Made by a program: the position numbers and the translations under genes. The notes beneath the pieces were generated by a model. It searched no databases. It had not been told where the DNA came from and worked only from the letters and a program-made list of their open reading frames with translations. From assembly GCA_045546175.1 (NCBI GenBank), contig JAZQCI010000103.1, forward strand, positions 26,679 through 90,678: a stretch of 64,000 nt of DNA. The letters are read 5' to 3'. Positions 1 to 8,590 of the stretch are shown one piece after another; the stretch's first letter is position 1; each line of letters starts with the position of its first letter. Source of the DNA: Lachnospiraceae bacterium (lineage in GTDB: Bacteria > Bacillota > Clostridia > Lachnospirales > Lachnospiraceae).

Positions 1-1929
1 GTCCTGAACCCAGCCAATGCCGTCCCTGATACCATCCGCGATACTGCTGATAATATCGGAACCCCACTGAAATGCCTGTCCCGGCAGAGATGTGATGAAA
101 TCAATCGCCGTATTAAATCCTTCCTCGACAATGCCAGGAATTTCTGAGATTTTTTCCTGTACCCCTTCGTACAGACTCGTCGCCGTTTCGACCACGAAAT
201 TCTTGAAATCCTCCCACAACTTCCCGCCGTTTTCTTTAATCGTTTCCCATATTTTCGCCGCGTCTTCCTTCAACTTGTCGAAATCGCCTGTAACCAAATC
301 GCAGAGAAGCAGAACAGGACCGAGGATGATAACCTTTAAAAGTTCCCATGCCGCCTGCGCGTCGCCCTTGATATTCTCCCAAATACCAAACAGGAAATCT
401 TTGACGCTCGTAAAGATACTCACAATATTTTCGACAATTCCCATGAAGAACGACACAATCGCCTCCCATATGCCGATAACGGCATTGCGAAAGTTCTCAT
501 TCGTAGTCCACAGGTAGATAAGAACGGCTACCAGTGCCGCTATAACACCAACAACTATCAATACAGGCGCGCCAATTGCCGCTATGACGCCGCCTACCGC
601 CGTAAGTCCCGCCTGCAACGTAGGCAGGAAAGCGATAATCGAACCGACAGAGGACATAAGCGTGCCGACAAAGATTAACAACGGCCCTATCGCCGTCACT
701 ATGGCAAGTATCGCCATGACCGCTATCTGCGCCCCGCTGTCGAGTCCGGAAAACCATGCCGTCGCCTTCTCTATGCCGCCGCTGATTTTATCCATGACAG
801 GTGCCAACGCCGTCAGCAGGCTGTCGCCCATTTCAATCCCGGAATTTTTAATCCGGTTTAATGACTCTTTTGCCTTCTGTGAGGGCGTCTCCAGTTTCTC
901 CAATGCCGCCCCGACGTCGTCCGTTTTGGAAGCCATTGTTTCGACCGTTGCGTTAAATTCGTCAACACCACCATTCAGAATCGCAAGACCTGCTTTGCCT
1001 GCTTCGGCAGAACCCCACAGTTCGTTGTAGGCAATTCCGGCATCATCTGCGTAATCCTTAGTGATTTTCAGAATATCGCCCATGGACATGCCGCTATCCA
1101 TTAATTCCTGAAATGACTTGCCGGTCTTTTCCTTCAGAATGCCGCCCAGCGTAGTGCCGCTATCGCCCAGTTCATTGAGCATACTGTTCATGTATGTCGT
1201 CGCCTCAGCGGTTCCGATACCCTGTTTCGTCAGGGAAACATAACCTGCCGTCAGGTTATCTATGCCGACATTCATAGAAGCCGCAGTAGGAATAATTTTA
1301 CCCATGGAAGACGCTAGTTCATTAACTGTCGTCTTACCAAGGTTCTGCGTCCGCACTAATTTGTTCGCTATCTCTTCGGCTGTGCCTGCCTCTTCCCCGT
1401 AAGCGTTCATCGCCGTTGTCAGAACATCGACCGCCGTGGTAGTGGTAGTAAATCCCGCCTTCGCCAGGTCAGCCGCCGTGCCTACAAAGCCTGCCGCCTT
1501 TTCCGTCTCAACACCCGCAGAGAGAGCCTGATACCCCGCTTCTGCCAATTCAGAGGCGGCTTTTCCAGTATCATTCGACAGGTCAAGGAATTGGTCTTTC
1601 AGTTCTTCGAGCGATACTTTCGACGTATCCGCAATAGTAGACATCTTCGCCATGCCGTCATTAAAATCTGACGCACTTTTCAGCGCTCCGCCAAAGGCTA
1701 ATCCCGCCGCCGCAGAAACAGGCGCAAACTTTTTGCCCAGTTTTGTAACGCTTTCGCCTGCTGACTGCAAATTTGTGCCCAGTTTCTTTGCGAAATTCTG
1801 CGCCGCGCCTGTAGATGCCTGCTCCGCCGCTTCGCCAACGCCGCCAATTGCCTGCTCCGCTTTCGCCGCTTCCTGCTCAACCTGCGACGCGTCCGCAGTA
1901 ATCAGGACTCCTAACGTCATGTCAGCCAT
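1..1929 (-). CDS. Tail tape measure protein, TP901 family (3' end beyond window)
   Basis: Not in the ORF track (no stop in window). Manual translation from ATG 1929: MADMTLGVLITADASQVEQ...AGYQALSAG...TQNLGKTTVNELASSMG..., Ala/Gly-rich, hydrophobic segment, W/F periodic repeats; follows the chaperone genes. Confidence 0.92.
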   Translation of the reverse strand, partial: MADMTLGVLITADASQVEQEAAKAEQAIGGVGEAAEQASTGAAQNFAKKLGTNLQSAGESVTKLGKKFAPVSAAAGLAFGGALKSASDFNDGMAKMSTIADTSKVSLEELKDQFLDLSNDTGKAASELAEAGYQALSAGVETEKAAGFVGTAADLAKAGFTTTTTAVDVLTTAMNAYGEEAGTAEEIANKLVRTQNLGKTTVNELASSMGKIIPTAASMNVGIDNLTAGYVSLTKQGIGTAEATTYMNSMLNELGDSGTTLGGILKEKTGKSFQELMDSGMSMGDILKITKDYADDAGIAYNELWGSAEAGKAGLAILNGGVDEFNATVETMASKTDDVGAALEKLETPSQKAKESLNRIKNSGIEMGDSLLTALAPVMDKISGGIEKATAWFSGLDSGAQIAVMAILAIVTAIGPLLIFVGTLMSSVGSIIAFLPTLQAGLTAVGGVIAAIGAPVLIVVGVIAALVAVLIYLWTTNENFRNAVIGIWEAIVSFFMGIVENIVSIFTSVKDFLFGIWENIKGDAQAAWELLKVIILGPVLLLCDLVTGDFDKLKEDAAKIWETIKENGGKLWEDFKNFVVETATSLYEGVQEKISEIPGIVEEGFNTAIDFITSLPGQAFQWGSDIISSIADGIRDGIGWVQD

Positions 1930-1946
1930 GTTTTCCCCCTCCCTTC

Positions 1947-2414
1947 TTAGTTATTTTTCTCTCCCTTTGCGCCCTCACTCTTTTTCTTTATATAGCCGTT
2001 AACTTCATACAGCCTGCGAACCCATCCGGTTTCCTTCGCTTCAATCTCTTTGATGATTTTCAGGTCGTTCTGCTTTTTCGCCTTCTCGTTCTTGGTCAGG
2101 TTCTGAATCTTTGTCCACAATTTTCTGAACGGTTTTGATTTCTTTCTGTTGACGTTGTACTCTGCATTCAAAACTGCGTCCCTGAGGATGGTGGAATTGA
2201 AGACCGTCGCATCCTCGAAAGCCTTACGGATAAACATCCGCTCTTTCGGCGTCAACGCCTCGTAGTCCGATTTACTGTAGTGGAGATTGACCGCAAACCA
2301 TGCGAAATCAACCTCCCGGCGATACTTTTCTTGCTCTTTTTGTTTTTCCTTATTGCCGCGCTTATCTGATTTAAAGTATTGGAACTGTATCAGTTCGCGC
2401 GGAACAGAAAACCC
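1947..2414 (-). CDS. Tail assembly chaperone extension (gpGT-like), reached by -1 frameshift
   Basis: ORF 1947-2255 stays open upstream to the slippery site at 2408-2414; lies between chaperone and tape measure. Confidence 0.8.
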   Translation of the reverse strand, partial: GFSVPRELIQFQYFKSDKRGNKEKQKEQEKYRREVDFAWFAVNLHYSKSDYEALTPKERMFIRKAFEDATVFNSTILRDAVLNAEYNVNRKKSKPFRKLWTKIQNLTKNEKAKKQNDLKIIKEIEAKETGWVRRLYEVNGYIKKKSEGAKGEKNN

Positions 2415-2701
2415 ATGTCAGCCTCAAGGGACGTCGCAATCAGGTCACATGCTGACGCATATCCATGCTGTTTCATGTACTCAGATGCAACCGCCATGCC
2501 GTCCTTCGGTTTCACGTAGACATCCGGGTCATCCTCGCAGACAAGTGCGAACGCAAAATGTGCCTTGATGGTCGCAATCGGCAGTGCGCCGTCCGACTTA
2601 ATGAAATCGCTGACAACGCTCTTTCCTATTTTGTTTTCGATAAGTTCAAGGCGTCCCTCGGTGTAGTGCAGTCTGTAATTCTTGCCATTTACTTCAAACA
2701 T
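2390..2701 (-). CDS. Tail assembly chaperone (gpG-like)
   Basis: MFEVNGKNYRL... with GGAG RBS; between major tail protein and TMP; ends G-GGT-TTT-CTG-TTC-CGC-GCG-AAC-TGA. Confidence 0.82.
   Translation of the reverse strand: MFEVNGKNYRLHYTEGRLELIENKIGKSVVSDFIKSDGALPIATIKAHFAFALVCEDDPDVYVKPKDGMAVASEYMKQHGYASACDLIATSLEADMGFLFRAN
2408..2414 (-). promoter_or_regulatory. -1 ribosomal slippery heptamer G GGT TTT
   Basis: X XXY YYZ in the correct frame; -1 frame is open into the downstream ORF. Confidence 0.8.
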
Positions 2702-2782
2702 AATTTCTCCCATTCTCGTAATTCTGATATATGACATACCAGCCATTCAGGCATGTAAAGTATGTGATATACTGTGATATGC

Positions 2783-2832
2783 AAAAATAAGCGGGAACAA
2801 AATATATGTTATTTGTCCCCGCTCTGTTTTTT
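2783..2832 (-). terminator. Intrinsic terminator after major tail gene
   Basis: AGCGGGGACAAA...TTTGTTCCCGCT followed by TATTTTT. Confidence 0.6.
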
Positions 2833-2870
2833 CGTTATGTAATTTTTCCCCCACTAACCAGGTCGCCTGC

Positions 2871-3416
2871 TCATTCGGGCATTGTATCTGTTTCAATTGT
2901 GTTAATTGTAAGGTCGAGAAGGCGTCCCTTGCCCTGAAGCGTAATAGATGTCGTTACGGAGTCATCGTAGGGCGCTTCAACCGGGAAATCGGTGATAATC
3001 GCCAGCCCGGCAAAGATACCTTTCTGCGTTTTAGCATTGTATACCTTCACGCAAACCGGGTTTCCAGCGTCGAACGCATTCGCAAGTGCTTTATGAGAGT
3101 CTGACGTCGGAACCCACAGAGAGTCAAGGTCGATACTCCATTCCTTGAGTCCCATGACGGAATCCTTCCAACCCGTGGAATTCGCATCCTGTCCCTCAAC
3201 AATTTTGGAGTTAATCTCAATTGTTTCCGCAGACCTGTTTATCGTTAAGTTCTGCTGCCCGGAAATCGCAAGCATCTTGGAACCGTCGCTGTTCCATACC
3301 GCAAGCAGGATATCCTTGCCTGCGAGGATACTAGCCGCAGTATCAAAATCACAATACGCTCCACCATCGTATGCGGTCTCCCCGGCAAAAATCAGAAATT
3401 TGTAATCCTTATTCAT
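2871..3416 (-). CDS. Major tail protein, TP901-1 family
   Basis: GQQNLTINRSAETIE, WKDSVMGLKEWSID, APYDDSVTTSITLQGKG; start MNKDYKFLIF after AAGGA RBS. Confidence 0.9.
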   Translation of the reverse strand: MNKDYKFLIFAGETAYDGGAYCDFDTAASILAGKDILLAVWNSDGSKMLAISGQQNLTINRSAETIEINSKIVEGQDANSTGWKDSVMGLKEWSIDLDSLWVPTSDSHKALANAFDAGNPVCVKVYNAKTQKGIFAGLAIITDFPVEAPYDDSVTTSITLQGKGRLLDLTINTIETDTMPE

Positions 3417-3429
3417 TTCCTTTTTCCTT

Positions 3430-3840
3430 TCATATTTTGAATTTATAACCATACGCTACCAAAAAATCGAAGCCGACTACTGAGTGCTTTTCGCCGGTTT
3501 CCTCGTTGTATATCGTCTTTATACCTGTTTCGTCCTGACGTACCAGAATGAACTCGCAAGGAATTTTAATATCCTCCGTCAGCGACTCTTCAAGCATCTG
3601 GATATACTTATACGTCGGAACGGAACTAGGCGTCGGCTCCGCAATCACATGTATGTCGATACTGTATCGCTGAACGAACATCGTCTTCGTATCCGCCGGG
3701 CTGTTCCCGGATAACTCCATGTAATAGAATGGAGACTGGGCGTTGTCAGGAACGGCGTCATAGCATTTCATGCCGGTTTTATCTTGTATTTGTGTTTTGA
3801 CCGCTTTAAATAGGTCGGTCAGGTTCATTCTCTTCAGCAT
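3430..3840 (-). CDS. Tail terminator/completion protein
   Basis: YDAVPDNAQSPFY motif; immediately upstream of the major tail gene. Confidence 0.7.
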   Translation of the reverse strand: MLKRMNLTDLFKAVKTQIQDKTGMKCYDAVPDNAQSPFYYMELSGNSPADTKTMFVQRYSIDIHVIAEPTPSSVPTYKYIQMLEESLTEDIKIPCEFILVRQDETGIKTIYNEETGEKHSVVGFDFLVAYGYKFKI

Positions 3841-3841
3841 G

Positions 3842-4243
3842 TCAACCTCCCTGCGTCGCCGCGTCTATAAATCTTTGAAGATACTCTTTCGTTTCCCGCT
3901 CGAAAATCGGTGCCTGCTCTTCCATGTTTGTTTTCAGGAAATGCTGACCTTCCACGTATCCGCCACCGCCTCTTGTACGGTGTCCGTTCTCGGCGTGCGG
4001 TGCGTATTCCATCGTGTATCCGACCACCGCGCCATCCGGCATCTGCGTATCCGTCATCAAGGATTTTCGCAGGTCGCCCGTCTTTCGAGGCGTTGCGCCC
4101 GGCGTCCCCATTGCCGCTTTTCCGCGTTCTTCCATCTGCTGTGCCTGACGCACGCAGAGGTCTTTGATACCGCCTAAATCCTGTAATTTCTTGAACGCTC
4201 CGCGAACCTTGTCATCACCTTGCAGTTTGATTTCCAACCTCAT
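3842..4243 (-). CDS. HK97 gp10-like neck protein
   Basis: TPRKTGDLRKS, YAPHAENGHRT, VEGQHFL motifs. Confidence 0.85.
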   Translation of the reverse strand: MRLEIKLQGDDKVRGAFKKLQDLGGIKDLCVRQAQQMEERGKAAMGTPGATPRKTGDLRKSLMTDTQMPDGAVVGYTMEYAPHAENGHRTRGGGGYVEGQHFLKTNMEEQAPIFERETKEYLQRFIDAATQGG

Positions 4244-4581
4244 GTCTTCCACCCCCTGCACCTGACAGTGACAAAACGCGTGCCTCTCTGCGCCACATCC
4301 AAAATCTCCATAGGCTGTCTAACTACTAAGGCATCCGACGTATCCGCCTCAATACGGATATGCGTCGCGGTTTTGGGATACATCTTTCGCGGCATTTTCA
4401 GCAGGACTTTCACCTCTGACTCCGTTACCGTCGCGCCGTAAATCTGCTGTTCTTCAATGCTCCACGGTGCAATTCGTGCTTCCACCTTGCGCAACGTCTC
4501 AAACTCCCCGCTGCCCACGGCGTCATTCAGTTCATCGGATACCGTCCTCTCCCGCAATATGCGTGCCCGCTTCCAAATCAT
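4240..4581 (-). CDS. Head closure / head-tail adaptor protein
   Basis: Size, position between connector and gp10-like gene, beta-rich pattern. Confidence 0.6.
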   Translation of the reverse strand: MIWKRARILRERTVSDELNDAVGSGEFETLRKVEARIAPWSIEEQQIYGATVTESEVKVLLKMPRKMYPKTATHIRIEADTSDALVVRQPMEILDVAQRGTRFVTVRCRGWKT

Positions 4582-4593
4582 ATGAACACCCCC

Positions 4594-4920
4594 TCACAGG
4601 AAATAGACCTTGTACTTGCCGCCGCTTTCGCTCTTGCTTTGCTTGTATGCTTTTATCTCATCGGCATACTCAGACAAAACGTCCGATACAAAGGAAGTGC
4701 TAATACCGTCAGAGCCCTCGGAAGCGATACCTTCATAATATGCTCTGCGGTACATTTTCACCGTCGCATCCACCGCAATGCCTTCGAAGGTTTCCGGCAG
4801 TTCCTTTTCGCCAAGACGGATACAGAGGCGGTTCACTATGGTCTCGACGTATCCCCTCAGAATAACAACGTCTGCGGGTTCGTCCTTCAGTCGTGCTTGT
4901 ACTTTTTCTAAGATTTTCAC
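4594..4920 (-). CDS. Head-tail connector (gp6/gp15-like)
   Basis: ELPETFEGIAVDATVKMYRR..EGIASEGSDGISTSF; follows capsid gene. Confidence 0.82.
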   Translation of the reverse strand: MKILEKVQARLKDEPADVVILRGYVETIVNRLCIRLGEKELPETFEGIAVDATVKMYRRAYYEGIASEGSDGISTSFVSDVLSEYADEIKAYKQSKSESGGKYKVYFL

Positions 4921-5001
4921 TCTTTCCGCCTCCCTAACTGCAAATAATGGTAGGGATTTTTACATCCCTACCACCAAATTTCGTGTTACTGCCGGTCAGG
5001 C

Positions 5002-5895
5002 TCAGGCTCCGATAGTCGCCTTGAAGATACCGTCGACCTCTTCAGGGAAGAACTCAACGGCTGTGTACGCGATAGCGTTGACAGCAAGGCTGAGGTCTTC
5101 AGCGGTGTGCTTCATGCAAATGAGACCTGTTTCGTCGGAGATGAATCCGAAAAATTCATTTCCTTCAGACTCAGCGGGAACGAAAACACCGTTAAGGTTT
5201 TCAGCAATAGTGCCGTAAACCTCACCTTTTTCAACGCCCGCCGTGATAATGGCAATGCCCAGACCCATGAAATCCTTCAGGTACTGTACGCCGAAAGCGG
5301 TCTGAGTAGTAATCTGTGCGGAACCGAGGTAGTCAGAAACATCCTCGAAAGACAGGAAGAAAACAGGTGTTCCGTCCACGTCTTCGTATTTCTTAGAAAC
5401 GCCACCCCAAACTTTGGCAACAGCCATCTGAAGCGTATTGAAATTGCCGGCGTTGGAAACGCCCGTCGCGCCTGTGATGGAATTGAAAAATCCTTTCTTT
5501 ACGTCGCCGCGGATTTCCTTCAGCATCTCTTCGTCCTTCTCGTTAATCGCGGCGTTTCTGCCGGATTTCTGGATGGACTGAAGAGTCGTGCGGGTTCTGT
5601 AAGGCTTCAGAACAATCTCATGGGAAGCAACGAGTCTTCTCTCACCCTTTGTAATCGGGATTTCCTTACCTTCCTGATACTCCGTGGTGGGTTTTGTCAG
5701 TACGGTCTTGTACTGCTTAACCAGTGTTCCCGCTCTCATGGGTTTCATCTCTGTGATACCCAGAACAGCTGCAAGGGATTTAATGCCCTCAGCGATACGG
5801 GAAGTAAAATCGACAGAAATTGCGGGCGCTACATCCGCCGCATAGGTCGTGTTGTCCTCATCAAAAATGAGGAAAGCGTAATTCTTATTCATCAT
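5002..5895 (-). CDS. Major capsid protein
   Basis: 297 aa directly after scaffold; YLGSAQITTQTAFGVQYLKDFMG and FFPEEVDGI motifs typical of Firmicute siphophage capsids. Confidence 0.88.
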   Translation of the reverse strand: MMNKNYAFLIFDEDNTTYAADVAPAISVDFTSRIAEGIKSLAAVLGITEMKPMRAGTLVKQYKTVLTKPTTEYQEGKEIPITKGERRLVASHEIVLKPYRTRTTLQSIQKSGRNAAINEKDEEMLKEIRGDVKKGFFNSITGATGVSNAGNFNTLQMAVAKVWGGVSKKYEDVDGTPVFFLSFEDVSDYLGSAQITTQTAFGVQYLKDFMGLGIAIITAGVEKGEVYGTIAENLNGVFVPAESEGNEFFGFISDETGLICMKHTAEDLSLAVNAIAYTAVEFFPEEVDGIFKATIGA

Positions 5896-5966
5896 TTTTA
5901 TTACCTTTACCTTTCATAAAAAAGTTTTCGTTACATATAGTGTGAAATATTTTCTGTAAAACAAAA

Positions 5967-6626
5967 TCAGCGGAAAAGACTCAGGTTCTCTTCAATCGCC
6001 TTCTGGCGTTTTGCCCTGTCCTTTATCTGGAGAATTTCTTCGCGGGTCATTGCGCCCGTGCCGCCATTGCCGCCGGTCTTAGGTTTCTCTTTGCGTCCAA
6101 AGGTCATTTTCGCGGCGTTCTGGACAGCCGTTTTGAAGGACTTAATAAACGCGTCAACCGCCACCTTCGTGTGCTCCGCATCCTCACGGATGAGCGCGGA
6201 TACGATAACATCATCAACAACGATACCCTCGCCCTGAAGGAGTTTCCTTGCAGATGCCGCCATCTTACTTTCAGCGTCCTTTTTCTCCATTTCGTCGAGA
6301 CGTTTCTGAAGTTCGGAAAGTTTTTTCGCGTTCTGCTCGTCAGCGCTCATCTTTTCGAGTTTCTTCGCCTCGTCGACCGCTTTTTCCTGTCGCTTCTGCC
6401 ACTGCGCGAACTTCGCGCCGATGATTTTGTCCAAGTCAGCGTCGGTATACTTAGGCTTGTCCTTGTCATCATCCTCATTGCCGTCGCCGCCGTCATCATC
6501 ATTGCCGCCTTTTTCGCCGCCGTTTCCGCCGTCGCCGCCATTTCCGCCCTCATCGAAAATGGAGAAGCGGAAAGCAGGTGTTTCCTTTGCATGTTTTACA
6601 TACTGTTTTGCTACTTTGAATTTCAT
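5967..6626 (-). CDS. Capsid scaffolding protein (DUF4355-like)
   Basis: Acidic Gly-rich N-term, KYTDADLDKII, coiled coil, C-term REEILQIKD..RQKAIEENLSLF. Confidence 0.88.
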   Translation of the reverse strand: MKFKVAKQYVKHAKETPAFRFSIFDEGGNGGDGGNGGEKGGNDDDGGDGNEDDDKDKPKYTDADLDKIIGAKFAQWQKRQEKAVDEAKKLEKMSADEQNAKKLSELQKRLDEMEKKDAESKMAASARKLLQGEGIVVDDVIVSALIREDAEHTKVAVDAFIKSFKTAVQNAAKMTFGRKEKPKTGGNGGTGAMTREEILQIKDRAKRQKAIEENLSLFR

Positions 6627-6681
6627 AATTCTTACCCTCCACGTTTTATAGCGTCGCCGCGCTGTTAGAAAATTGATTTAC

Positions 6682-6751
6682 CCGTGTGCTTTTTACGTCA
6701 TCCCCGCCTAGACAAATCTCCGTGTGCTTTTTACGTCATCCCCGCCTGGAC
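6682..6751. repeat. Tandem 32-bp direct repeat in scaffold leader
   Basis: CCGTGTGCTTTTTACGTCATCCCCGCCTRGAC at 6682-6713 and 6720-6751 (one mismatch). Confidence 0.95.
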
Positions 6752-6752
6752 G

Positions 6753-6787
6753 AAAAAACCGGGCAGTGATATGGTTCACTGTCCGGT
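6753..6787 (-). terminator. Intrinsic terminator after protease gene
   Basis: ACCGGACAGTGA-loop-TCACTGCCCGGT then TTTTT. Confidence 0.7.
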
Positions 6788-6809
6788 ATCTGTTACAAAA
6801 ATCCCACCG

Positions 6810-7151
6810 TCAAAATTCGAAATACTTTGATGTTTCTAAAAAATCAATATCGATAATTATCGCCAGCGGTCTCTCTTTCCGTATCGCCATCAGCTGAGAA
6901 ACGCCCGCCGTCAGGACAACCCTGCAAGCACGGTCTGCGTAATCGACCTGCGACAGGTCAATGATAATCTCGCCGCCGTGTTCCTGAGGGTCAGAGAACG
7001 ACGTTTCCGGTACTCCCGCAACCGTCAGCCCGGCAATCATCATCTGTACCGTCGCTGAAACCGCCGTGCAAATGATTTCATGGTCGGGTTCTTCCCTCGG
7101 TGCATGTCCACGGATAATCAACCTGTCGTCATTAATCGTTACAATTATCAC
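6810..7151 (-). CDS. prp: Prp-family (ribosomal-processing, DUF464) cysteine protease, phage encoded
   Basis: GTG start after GGAAAGGG; IRGHA...HEIICTAVSA matches the Prp His/Cys dyad (GHA...DIVCAGAS in S. aureus). Confidence 0.82.
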   Translation of the reverse strand: MIIVTINDDRLIIRGHAPREEPDHEIICTAVSATVQMMIAGLTVAGVPETSFSDPQEHGGEIIIDLSQVDYADRACRVVLTAGVSQLMAIRKERPLAIIIDIDFLETSKYFEF

Positions 7152-7272
7152 TTTCGCTTTCCCTTTCCAGTTTTGTGAAATCGTATCCCATGGAAGCCAG
7201 CGTCTTGTGGACATGCTCCGTGTAGGTAAACATGTCATTCTCTTTCTCGTATCTAACCTGAATCGGGTTCAT
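7132..7272 (-). CDS. Small 46-aa hypothetical protein
   Basis: ATGA overlap with thioredoxin stop; MNPIQVRYEKENDMFTYTEHVHKTLASMGYDFTKLERESESDNCND. Confidence 0.55.
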   Translation of the reverse strand: MNPIQVRYEKENDMFTYTEHVHKTLASMGYDFTKLERESESDNCND

Positions 7273-7550
7273 TCTCTTTCCTCAATGTCTTTCACATTGT
7301 CAAGCCACATACAGATTTCCTCAGGCTTCGGTGCCGTCCCCACAAAGCGGTGAACTTCCTTCCCATCTTCGACGAAAATGAAGACCGGGACATGCCTTAC
7401 CCTGTGCGCTCCGCACCATACCGGGTCATCCTCTGCTACCTTTTTTTCAATGGAATTTTCCATATATTTTGGCAATACATCTAAGACTGTACGCTCCACG
7501 TACTTACATCGCGGGCAGTATCGCCCGGATACAAAAATCAGTTTTCTCAT
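7269..7550 (-). CDS. Thioredoxin-fold protein
   Basis: CPRC active site, VRHVP cis-Pro, GKEVHRFVG. Confidence 0.85.
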   Translation of the reverse strand: MRKLIFVSGRYCPRCKYVERTVLDVLPKYMENSIEKKVAEDDPVWCGAHRVRHVPVFIFVEDGKEVHRFVGTAPKPEEICMWLDNVKDIEERE

Positions 7551-8590
7551 GACTTGAAACCTTTCAAATACTTCCCTAACTGCGAGTCCATGAAATCATC
7601 GAAATCCCCCGTCACAGGTGTTACTGTGCATCTGCACCATGGGTGCATTGGTGGGAAGTTCTCTCCCGGAACCCGGTCTTTGTACTTAAACGGCCCGGCG
7701 TCCTGCAAAGCCATGCAAATTGGACAAACCAAAGCGTCATTGTATGTCGAGAACTTGTATTCCGTCACGCCGCTCAGTTCGTTCAAGCACGCACTTGTCT
7801 CCGCCATCACCCGGGTGTTCTCTGTATACGTCAACCGGGTCAGGTCGTTTTTGGTGAAGCCTTTGAATTTTGTCATCATGTCACGAACAATGCGCTCCGT
7901 GCTATCGCCGCGAGCGAAGGCGTTCACCATCTGCGTGTTCATGTAATCCGCAAGTCTCATTTTGGACTCTAAGATTTTTCCCGGAATATCCGTCGGAAGC
8001 GTTACGGTCTTGTCTCCGTGCGTCATCATCGCCGCAAGTTCATCGAGAATTTCATGGCTCTGCATGGCGTCGACCGGTTTGAAATGGACAACAATGTGAG
8101 GATTATATACGCCCAGCCTTCCCTGCTGCCCCAATGCATCGCAATATGCGGTAAACGACGCTTCCGCCGTTTTTCCCACATATTTCAGCACTCTTTCGCT
8201 GTCTTTTATACCGTATTCTGCTAACGCCAGACGAATCTGTTCCTGCTCCGCTTGCAAGCGGTTCAGTCGATATATGCTTTCTCTCGCAGGTGTCAGGTGT
8301 GCATACTCAGGATGCATTTCGGCAAAGCCTTCCCAATCCTCGAAAATCTGCTTTCGCGTCGCCGCATCCGCTCCAATCATGAGTTTCCGGTACTCTATAA
8401 TGCCGTCCTTATCCGCATACTTTTTGTAATATCCTTCAATCTGCTGTTCCAGACGTTTCGCCTCTGCTTCCATTGCGCTTAGCAGGCGTTTTTTCGCCTG
8501 CTTTTCCGCTCGCTCGACCTGCGCCTGTAATGCCTTCTCGGAACCCGCCCAATGCTCTTGGAATTTCTTTTTCCAATCTTTGTCAGCCAT
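7547..8590 (-). CDS. Minor head protein (SPP1 gp7 / Mu F-like)
   Basis: RLTYTE, CPIC, PPMHPWCRC; follows portal. Confidence 0.9.
   Translation of the reverse strand: MADKDWKKKFQEHWAGSEKALQAQVERAEKQAKKRLLSAMEAEAKRLEQQIEGYYKKYADKDGIIEYRKLMIGADAATRKQIFEDWEGFAEMHPEYAHLTPARESIYRLNRLQAEQEQIRLALAEYGIKDSERVLKYVGKTAEASFTAYCDALGQQGRLGVYNPHIVVHFKPVDAMQSHEILDELAAMMTHGDKTVTLPTDIPGKILESKMRLADYMNTQMVNAFARGDSTERIVRDMMTKFKGFTKNDLTRLTYTENTRVMAETSACLNELSGVTEYKFSTYNDALVCPICMALQDAGPFKYKDRVPGENFPPMHPWCRCTVTPVTGDFDDFMDSQLGKYLKGFKS

Noticed and set aside
5945-5965. CodY box upstream of capsid gene
   Set aside because: Only ~11/15 match in AT-rich DNA; likely chance
6810-7238. 142-aa version of the protease ORF
   Set aside because: Prp similarity and RBS point to GTG 7151; the upstream part is better explained by a 46-aa ORF in another frame
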